Shown here: positions 38,876 to 49,434 of the stretch, piece by piece
Layout: every line of letters begins with the position of its first letter
Numbering within the stretch: position 1 is the stretch's first letter
Source of the DNA: Phallusia mammillata
Lineage: Eukaryota
Direction: 5' to 3'
Assembly (NCBI GenBank): GCA_965637545.1
Contig: OZ281500.1
Location: forward strand, 7,998,001-8,062,000
DNA: 64,000 nucleotides
Made by a program: the position numbers and the translations under genes
Notes under the pieces: generated by a model
What the model saw: only the letters and a program-made list of their open reading frames with translations
Databases searched by the model: none
What the model was told of the DNA's origin: nothing

Positions 38876-39644
38876 ATGGAGAATCTAGGTGCTACCAACC
38901 ATTACGCCGAGATCACGGACGGTAACTACTGTATACCTCAACCAATGACAGGAAAGCAAGGTACATTGGACAGCAAGCTCGATGAAATGTTGATAAGAAT
39001 TCGACGCATTGATAAGTCACTGCACGATGGCAATAGCGGACAACCAAACAAACCAATAGTTCCACCAAAACCACCATCAAAAAGCAGCAAGTTCGTCCCT
39101 GTGTTTAACAGGCTACAGTCAGGTATTTAACAGTTTTTACTTTTTGTCTTTAACACATACGGAAGTATTTTTGTGTTGTTTAGTGCAGGTGTACTTCTTT
39201 TGCTCAGTTTTTGCCGATTTACGCTAAAGTACAAACACATAATTGTAAAACATATAAAGTACAATTGTTTGATTTGTCAAAACCTTTATAGTTTTAGAGT
39301 GATAATATCGTACTTCGACATTGCTGTACTGTAGTATTTACACAACAATCAAACGTTTGGATAAGAAAACTGGAATAGTTGTCTTTGTGGCATTTGTTTA
39401 TTTGGATAGACTGCATGTTTTGTTTTTAGAACCTCCACCTCCTCCACGCCCAGCGAAGTCTAATAAAGGAGCACCGATTCCGGATTCCGGAAAGACATTA
39501 CCCAGACCCGAATGCGACTTTCTTGTGGCGCAACTGCAAAACGTCAGGTCGTATCTTGATGACATGATTGACGACGATTTTGACGGCAAACTTGAAAATT
39601 TGTCAACTTTGGACAACGTTATTGGCGCTCTTTTGTGCCGCTAA
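38876..39644 (+). CDS. Unknown small protein, family member E (153 aa, 2 exons)
   Basis: Exons 38876-39122 and 39430-39644 (phase 1, 462 nt): MENLGATNHYAEITDGNYCIPQPMTGKQGTLDSKLDEMLIRIRRIDKSLHDGNSGQPNKPIVPPKPPSKSSKFVPVFNRLQS/EPPPPPRPAKSNKGAPIPDSGKTLPRPECDFLVAQLQNVRSYLDDMIDDDFDGKLENLSTLDNVIGALLCR. Confidence 0.78.
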
Positions 39645-42600
39645 CGCCAAAAAGTTCATCCCAAGTCCAGAATATTTTGGAATGTGGCCATTTAATCATA
39701 TCGTGTTTTAACTTCTGCCAGCAAATGCTTTGTCAAGCTTAAAAAAGATTCAGTAGAGTTTGTAAACACGTTTTTGGAGAAATGCAAAAAAAACGCTTTG
39801 ACCACAGCTTTCAGCATGGCTGCATGTTCACCATACCTTCAAGATGGCTGATCGCACAACTTAGCGTGACTAAGCAACGTAATTGTTAAATCTAGTCACA
39901 TTCTAGGATAGGATTGACAATGCTAAAGTCATAAAAGTAGGTCCCATATGATACAAAAAATTTATCACCTCATGTGTTCAGTTATAAAACATCTGCTTTA
40001 AATATAAAAACGGTGTACTTATTGTTGTTTTGTTAGCTTTATTGTAAAGCATGCTGTATAACCAGTCAGTCGTGTCATGTTGTTTCGTACTGTGTGGAGT
40101 GACTGCGACGATCTTGTCCAAACCAATGGCTTTGCCATGTATGTGCATAGAACACTTGATTGCTGCCAGTGTACATGAGTTTCATTTGCTTTGTGACCTC
40201 TTAGCAAATAATGGTATTTCACGCACTCTAGTCAATTTACCGATGTTAAATTGAACTCGGTTGCGTTGTAGGTTGACGAAACTGTATTGCAGTTAGTTGG
40301 GAAACTACATCATGGACCAGTTGCGTGCATATTTGTGTACACGATTGCACAAACCCGAAAGCACTTGTAAACTGTTTCTGTGTAATATTTGAGTTTGTGG
40401 GGTTTATTGCTGCGTTGTAACATGCTGGTCAAACAGCAAAACAATATTTTCCTAAAGCAGGTATGCTTATAGGCATTGATTTGTTACATGAGCAATATGT
40501 TTTGCTGTATATTCAGTTGTTTTGCAGAAGTTTTTTGCTTGTTTTCGTTTTTTTATGTATACGCAATTTACAATACATCGATTTGTGTGTCGGCCCTGTA
40601 TATCGATTTTTTCACCGTTTGCGTACGTGCACTTACTGCAACCACGTCGAAGGTCGAACATCCATGTAAACAAAGGTCAGAAACTCTTTTGCCTAAAAGG
40701 TGAACCCTTGTCACTGTAGTTCAAGTTTAACAACGTGATGAAAACTGTTGCCATTTGCCAGTTTTCAAAAATAACAAGTAAAAGCCAAATGTTTACTCAG
40801 TACAAAACAATGGGTTACTAGATTCATTAGTCCCAGCATAATACCGTAGAACCCTACTTCTTCAAAACTCATTAATCAGTCGCGCGCCACAAAGGACATT
40901 ATTCTGATCCACCGAGCATGTCGTTTTTTATGGGATGAAAGATTTTGTATGCGTGGCGTAGAAAGGACTTTGAACTATAGGACAAGAATGAATCTTTTCT
41001 ATATCTAACTTATGTATCTTGACGACCCAAACCAAAACATTTGTTGGCTGATAATGTTGCTATGGTTGGTTGTGGATTGCTGAAACCAATGTGTTGCAAG
41101 TTATCAATGAATGTAGGATTGAAAGTGACCTCTAAAAAGTATACGCGTGTAACCTAGGATTTTAATTTTTAATTTTTTTATTTAACGGGGTTCGAACCCC
41201 CCAGTCAGAAAATATCTCGGAGTTATCCCCGGGCCAAACTAGGGATTTGGGACACTGTTCGAATTAGCAGTGGTTTATCTTAGATTAACTCAGATAAGTG
41301 TTCTTACACATTTTTCTTATTTGAGGTTGTGGAGACGATGTTTTAACAAGTAAACAATATTTTAATTCATGTTATTGCAAACTATGTTAATCTTGTGGAA
41401 AACTGTTTCTATGATTATCTGCGATAACCCATGGGTAAATCGTGGAAGTACCGATGGTATTTTCGGAATCCTGTGTTATTGCCAAATCAATGACTTTACA
41501 TCAAATTTACTGTTTAAATAAGTTTAAATTTGTATCTAGCCTACACAACTAATGCCCTATAGGCCGACATAAAACGCGTGGGCAAAAAATTATCAATAGA
41601 GCTTTTTTTTACACTCGCTGTACACATTTTTTTCGTTGTTGAAACATACAATACACAAACTATGCGAAATATTTTAAAATTATTGGCTGGTTTCGTCACT
41701 GTGAGTCCAGTTATTCCCGCGTTTTATCTTTTTGAAAGAGTTTGGCAAGCGACCAGACTTGATTTCGCTAAAACGTTCTAGGTTTTGGCGAGTTTGTGGA
41801 ATACATTGCTTCATGAAACAAGCCATAAGGCAGCAGGTTTGTGGAATGTATAATGACATATGTAAAAGTCTTTTAGATGTAGGCCACGTTAACTGCTAGC
41901 AACACTATGTTTACATTTTCCAACTTACTCTGTATATGTTAAATCTTATTTGCCAGTAATTGCCGATTTCTATTGATTCCCGCATTTCCTCAGTACAACT
42001 TGTGTTGTAATCTATTGCGTTGTGTGACGTAATAATCGACTACCAGTTTTGTGTGATAACGCAGCGTGATTTAGTCCTTTTCGTTGCTGACTTCCGTGGA
42101 GCACGGTGCTGCGTCGGTTTTATTAGAAAAGCCGTTTATTGTCGTGTTGACGATTATTGGTGAGTCACTTTGTATATATATGTGTTTAATGACTCCAAAA
42201 CGTGAATTACTACAATAAATGCGAACTTAACTGCAATGACTTAAAATGTCATTTTGCTTTGTAATATTTGTACTGTACGTGTAGTTGGGTTCATTTATCC
42301 AACCATATTTTTTTTCTTAGGAGTATTGCAATTCACATCTTACAAGGATGCAACAATTGACAAAATCGAAAATGAAGTTACCGTTTCTCTGGCTGGGGAT
42401 TGGAATGGGAGGCGCGAGGAGAGAAGAAAAAAATTGAAAATTTAACAAATGAGAGTGACAGCAACACCAGTACGGACACCACACCATGTGAAGACTGCGA
42501 TGACATGGAATGAAATCCAGGTTTGGGGCAAAAGTTGCATCTGGCAAAATGGCAAAATACTGCCTAAACGACTTTTGCCCCAACCTGCTGTTTAAACTGT

Positions 42601-43386
42601 TCGTTTGTTTATTATATCCGTGTGCGCGTAAGTACAATGAGAATAAATAATTGTAGCGGGTATTTTGCATTTGGTGTAAAGCAGGGATACGTTTGGCCAG
42701 GCTACTTCCACGTTAGGCCCATACATAAGGCCCTACCAAGGGAAATCAGCGATAATCTAACATGGGCCCGATGTTACCTTTCCTGTCTCCCGCCAGTGAT
42801 AAATCTATGGGGTATCTCCAATCATCAAATTATGGGCCATACTAAACTCGAAGATATTTCGACTAAGGCCCGCACAAAAATTTCCGACTGGGCCAGTACG
42901 CTCCCGAGGACGAATTACAAACAAGCTTGTTTCAAATGCTTCGCCATTCGGGCAAATTCCTGTCTACATCTGTTTGTTTTTTGCCTAGCTGTATTAGCAA
43001 GGAAGAAAAATATATACAATAAGAAAGGTAAACGAGCGATAAAAGAAATAGCACTTGTTGGAAGGTAGCGAACGAATAATTATAGACCTGCCCATTTTGT
43101 TTACACATTGCAAGTTTCTTGCTGTTTAAAGTCGCAATATATTCTGAGTTCTTGACTGATTTCACTGTGTAATAAAATAACAAGAGTCTAGGAAGTATTT
43201 TTTGCGTACTTACAACGGTAAATGACAAAGCGTACACGCGATAGTAAACAGTCCGATAATTTAGATTCGTTAAACACACCAAATCAAGCGTATACAAGAT
43301 AAATAGCAAGGGGAATTAAAGATTTCGGCGAAATTCATGCAAAGACCTCTTCCCATTAGCTCTGCACCCAATTACACTTAAAAATT

Positions 43387-43410
43387 CGGTTTCATTTCGG
43401 TTTCACTTTC
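43387..43410 (-). promoter_or_regulatory. ISRE/IRF-E-like array of four GAAA cores
   Basis: The minus strand reads GAAAGTGAAACCGAAATGAAACCG, about 2.6 kb upstream of the IRF ATG. Confidence 0.5.
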
Positions 43411-46051
43411 ACAGAAAACACATTGATGTGTATCTGTAACACCAAATGAATACAGAACATCATTGATCACAGCGGCACGTAAATTCAGTTTTATCTGGAA
43501 AGAGCGCAATTTTATTTCCATTGTCGAACTGATTTGGAGCAGTTTTTCCCAATATTTAAAACAAGACCCAAATCCCGTTTCCAGCTTTGTTTTTGTTTTT
43601 CAGGAAGAACCGTCATGTAGTTTTTAAATTGTTTGTATAAACCGCTTTAGGAGAGACAAATGTTTAAAAGAACTCGTTTTCACAAATTTAACTTGTTTTT
43701 TCGTCAGAGTTATCATTTGTTCGATCCCAATTAGGTGGCAGAGCCGTTATCGTTTTAAAGTTTTTGAATTAGTGATTGTTCGGAGTAAAATTGAATTTTC
43801 GCAAATCCATCTTAGATATTCTCCTGCATTATATAATACATTTAAAATGAGCCATTTTACATGAAAGGTTTGAAATTTGAGGGCAACAGTTTTACTGGCC
43901 CACAGCGATCTAGTGTAGGGTTCAGTCGATTGCATTATTTACATAAGCTTTCTGCAATTAGTAATGATTTTACTAACTGAGCATCGTTTTACTGCTGTTG
44001 GCAGATTGCCTCAAAACCAACATCCTAACTGCGTCTACATCTGTTTTTTCACGGGGTTCGAACCCAGGACACTCCCGGGGACAAATCCCGATCAGGTTTT
44101 TTATATCTGTATATGGGTCAGGCGAGCCGGCACATTCGGCCAATTTCCTGCCCACATCTAGGGTAACGTTACTATTGCATGAGTAGTCTACGACCACAAC
44201 TTACCGGAATATTTAAACCAGATATATTTCCACTTGGTGGCAGTCTAGAGCTTAAGTCATGGACACTTCTGGAGGGAACACTTGGTGCAACAGTCTACGC
44301 ACCAAATGGTAGTAAACGATGTAATTGGACCTTACAAGATCTCCTTCAGAAATCTGTTTACCAGTTTATAGTAAACCGCTTTGTATCCAATCTTAACAAA
44401 CATTCAATCTCCAATGGATCGATAACCCACTAATCTTTAAATTTTAAGGGCTTCTTGTATACGTATATGGAAATGAGTGATCCTCAGTTTTTGTGCAAAT
44501 TTACTAAGCGATATAGCAAAATGATTAAGATAACCAAACAGCCAACAGACCTCCTGGGTTTTAATGATTCTTGCGACAACAAAGTTTTAGGCCGAAAACG
44601 GGCTTAAAAGACCATGACATTTATGGTGCCAGTTTCGTTACCCCTGTTATGCTCAGTGTTGAGTAGAACATTTAACCTGTGCACTTTTAACAAAATGACG
44701 TATAGATACTGTGTAGTTATAGCTGTAGGAAAAACCACCTGGGATAAATACATTTGTACTTCACTTTCTTGGAAAACATGTCTCAAATTCCTATTCACAA
44801 TCGGTTGTCAGACGCACCCATAAATTGGCATATATATTTACTGTATGATAGCAATATGCTTTTTCTTATCGGGTTCGAACACAAGACGCTTCTCCGAAAG
44901 AATCCCTATCATTTTTTATATCCCTGTATACGAATCAAGCGCCTCAGAACTTTCACCTTAAATTCGGTGCCCATATCAAACGACAACGAGTCTTGAAAGC
45001 AGAAATCACGACATAAGCTGTCCAATATATATGTATAGCATTACAAAAAAAGCATTTATGCAATTGTACCAATTCAGTTTGCTAGGAGAGGTTCAAGGTA
45101 CGTTTTATGGCACTTTTAATGTATATATTTGGGACGGTGGACGCTTAAATAACCTGAGTTAATAACATCGCAGGAGCAACGCCGTTCGAAGGGTATTTTA
45201 GCAGTTGCGAGGCGTGGCGAAATCAAACACGTTTAGCACGGGATCGTGGTTGCTGATCTCAAATGACGTCACTTCGTCAACAGGCGGGAAATTTTGTGTT
45301 GCCTCTCGTAAACATCGATTGGAACAAAGCAGACAACATACGGCGAGCGCCACACAAGCCCTTGTCGGTGAAACCTCGATAGCAGACGACAACAAGTAAA
45401 ATGACCTGGTCTCAAATCCCTGTTAAGATTTGAAGTGTCAAACACCCATGTTCGTTTTGCGTTCCCGATTCCTGAACTCAACAATTCAAGCCTTTGCATT
45501 GATTTTAATATGGGAGAAAATTATGAGCTCTTACCATGCCTTTCGGATATTTTGCATTCGCCATCAAATTAATACATCATACTTTTAAACTATATAGTTT
45601 TTGAGCGTTATTTTATATGTTACCATATCTACTCTCTGCGCATTTGTTTTAATTGGTCCAGTAATTTGGAAATCGGCAAGCAATAAGACGTTAGTGCTTG
45701 AAAGTAAATAGTTAGGTTTCGACTGAGGTTTCGAGTTTTAATAAACTCCTTTCAATACATATATATCGGGCTCAGTCATTGTAAACCGGCCAAGCATCTG
45801 TTCCTTCGCCAAACCTTGGCTCCGCAAACAAATCATGGCATTGTTTATTTTTGTGGCGCTCGCGCAGTACATTTATAACACCGAGCTTGTGCTACGTCCA
45901 CCATTCGCTTGCAACGTGGCTGTGAAACGAGCAACGTGCGTCTTCATCTAATGCAAAATGCAATAGAGAAACAAGGCATTCAGAGTTAGCATAAATTACG
46001 TTTGGGTAGCTAAAATCGGAAAGTTGCGGACGAACATATATTCAGCAAACT

Positions 46052-49000
46052 ATGACAATTCAACGACAACGACGTGGCATGGAAGGAACTGGCCTAGACC
46101 AGAAACGTTTAAGGTATTGTAGGTTTGCATTTGTCATACAATTACTAGAGGTTGATCACCATATATTTTTGCGTGACATTGCAAGATATAAAATGTGTAC
46201 ACACGTAACTTGTAACAACTTGTGTATAGTTTGTTTCCCTGCATTTCAATCATTTAAACTACAGAGCTTTTGCAGTTTTATAACTTTTTATTGAAATATC
46301 TGTTACAAGTTGTTAATGTCGGAAATTTTATGATAAGTTACCATAACGGTATAGATTTAGTGAAACCAGTTAACGTGTTGCTTCAAAAATCGAAATCTTA
46401 CAAAGATTTCACAAAAACTAAAACCCGCAAGTGGTATAACTGTCTGCAATTAAAAACTAAAAGCGAACCCATGTCAAGTTACTCACTGGAATGTGTATGC
46501 AAAGGTATGTGGACTCTTTACAAAGCTAGTCCACACAAAAGCAACTAAAACCCAGCTGCAACCGGACGGGCTGTACCATTGCGCCACTATCCTCACAATA
46601 AACAAAACCAGCGTACCAAGAGTTTACTCCGAGGTAGTAAAATTGTTTTAACTCTTATTTCAGGCTTCGCGATTGGCTGGAAATGCGAATCGGCGACCGC
46701 AAATATCCAGGGTTACGTTGGGAAAATCAACGAGAAGGAATTTTTCGGATCCCGTGGAAACACGGTGCGAGACATGGATGGAAGGAAGAAGAAGACGCGA
46801 GATTGTTCCGCGAGTGGTCGGAGCACACAGGTACAACATAAATTTTTTTGGCCTCATATATTTAGTCCCGCAAGAAGAGAATAGATTACTATTAACGATT
46901 ATCAACAACTAATGTTTAACAAATGGTTTTCTGGTATTCAGTTAAAGCGGTGCATTTTCGTTGAAGTTAAGTTTCTAAAAAAATCAATGGGCAAATATGT
47001 CAACTCACACTAAACATGTCTAAGGCGTAATAAAGTTGGCATGGTACGTTGTGCCTTGAATAGTATAATTACATATTTATGCAAAACTGCTAAATTGGGG
47101 ACGTTTGAACATTTTAATTATGCCCTATAAACATGTCATGCAAAAAGAGGACGCATTGTCTATGACATTCGAAGGAAAGAAATTTTGTCATGGGACTGTT
47201 TAAGTACTTTATACAAAATTTTTAGGTAATTTTCACAATTATTAGCCTGGAAAAGTGGAGCAAATTATAAATTTTCTGCCTTCTTGCAATTAATGCCCAA
47301 AGCAAGGCACTAAGGGCAAATAGTAATTAAGTGTGTCGTTATTTCCATATAACAGGGTTTGGCTTGTACAAAAAAAAAACGCATAGCGAAATACACCCAC
47401 CAACCTAATGATACAACCTATAAAAGGTATTTCAAATGCAGTTTATTGCCCGTTTTTATGACCAAAAGTCAATGTACAATGTCACGTCTTGGCGTGCCTT
47501 GCAATTTAGTTGTTTTTTTTGCATTTAGGTGCTTCACCGAAGGATGTAAAACAACACAAGGCAAATTTCCGCTGCGCCTTGAACTCGCTGCGAGATATCG
47601 AAAAGCTGCAAGTTTCCAACAAATGCAAGGGTGACGATGCCTACCGACTCTACAAACTTTTGCCGAAACGATCGACCAAGAGCGGTAATAGTAAGAACCA
47701 TACGCATTTTCACCGTTGCTTCCGTTCTTTATCCTTTATAGGCTATAACGAGGCTTTATTTGTTTAAGAGTGGATAAGAAAGCGAACGCCCTCAACAAAA
47801 GCCCCGCCTCTGCGACCGCGGCGCTCACAATTTGCAACGTCGCAGATCACTTCGTTTGCTCACGAGCGAAAAACTCCCCTCTCTGCTCCGCCTGGATCAA
47901 CACCAGGGACTTTTGGAAGTGCGGTTTACGCTGGGTCGAATTCGTACGACAGACTCAACTTTTCGCAGTACTTGGCCCCTCGTGAAACAAGTGACTTTGT
48001 TTACAATGAGATTCCCACGCCGCCCATAGCTTTCCCAACCTCGCAGATGGAAGTAGCGACGTTGCACCCAGCTATGCCGATCTCACCTTACAATGGGTGC
48101 TTTCCCAACCCTTCGTCGGCTGCTTTAGAGCATTTCGGCGAATACCGTAATGACTCACCGCAACAAGGGCAAAGTTTTATTTACCCATCGCCGTCAGGCA
48201 CGATTGCCGACGCGTTAGGCGAGGCCACCGCTGCGGTGCAAAATTATCCCAACTACGGTCGTAACGACCTTGAACGCACCGTGAGCATTTCATCGAACCG
48301 TGGTACTCTCCTGTTTGACGACATGCTTCACCTGCAACCAAGTTTGATCGATACTCCTCCCCGGGAAGACGACACATTACCAGCTGGTGGCGGCTTTGAC
48401 CTGACTCAAAAGCAACCTGGAAAAGAATTAATAACATGGCCACAGGACCAAGTGCCATCGCCATCATTTCATTCAATGAAAGACGTTTCAGAATATTTGA
48501 AAGGTTTGTCTAAAATGTTCAAACATTTTAGCGTGTATGGGGTGTATGGGTAAAGCCGACCAAACAAAGAATGTTTTAGCAACTACTACTAATCCCCCTA
48601 AACGTATATCTCTGCAATGTAAAGTAGTAACAGCAAGTTGCAAAAAAAAACTGCTGGGCGGTAAAAACGCTCCCCATTTAGTTTACGTAATAAAAGTTTT
48701 ACAAACACCCATTTCCCTTTATTAAAAGTAAAACTTCAATTGTTTCCAGGTGACACTTTCGAAGACAATTCACAAGTATGGGACCTAACCACAAAGTTCC
48801 ACAAAAATGTAAGTCCCTGAAGTTCACGAGTTCGAACTAGAAGTAGCTTTAAAACGGCGACATTTTGTTTGCACAGACATTTACAACACCGTTACAAGAC
48901 CAGCAAGGCAGGTGCACGGATGCCGATTGGACAATGAAGGAGAGTTTGCAAGCAAATGACACACTTCTAGATTTTTGCGTCGAAGATTTGTCGATCGGAA

Positions 49001-49434
49001 AATTTGAACATCAACGAGGTAAGCTGTTCTAAACAACAAACAACATCGTAGGAAACAAAGCAATATATATTTCGGGCAGCAAGTACATGTTGAGAATTTA
49101 TAATTATCTCTAGGGAATACAAGTATCTTAAACGCGCTGTTTATTTACTTTTGCAGCCGAAACGATTTGCTCCGACGTCGAGAGTGTTTTCAGCGATGAA
49201 ACTCACGTTCCAGGCTTATTGCGGAGTTTAGCAAGCGAAAAGTCGCCACACTTCACAGAGTGGAATTCGTCACCCAAGCGACTACCATCAGCGTTCACCT
49301 TATTGTCTCCGAGCAACAATACTGAAGACAACTCGCGTTCTACGCCACCGTGGAAGTATTCGCCAGAGAGTGTGGAGTTAATCAATGAGACATTTTCTTC
49401 GGTCACGCCGGCCGTAGTGTACGGAAATTGCTAG
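46052..49434 (+). CDS. IRF: Interferon regulatory factor (IRF1/2-like DNA-binding domain), ~532 aa, 7 exons
   Basis: Exons 46052-46113, 46664-46830, 47529-47684, 47769-48503, 48750-48808, 48877-49018, 49157-49434 are in frame (1599 nt). DBD: RLRDWLEMRIGDRKYPGLRWENQREGIFRIPWKHGARHGWKEEEDARLFREWSEHTG...KANFRCALNSLRDIEKL...AYRLYKLLP. The C-terminus is low complexity with no recognisable SMAD/FHA-type IAD. Confidence 0.93.

Noticed and set aside
42622-44433. ORFs of 84-148 aa between the array and IRF
   Set aside because: No recognisable motifs, no consistent splice structure and mostly non-ATG starts. Treated as chance ORFs.
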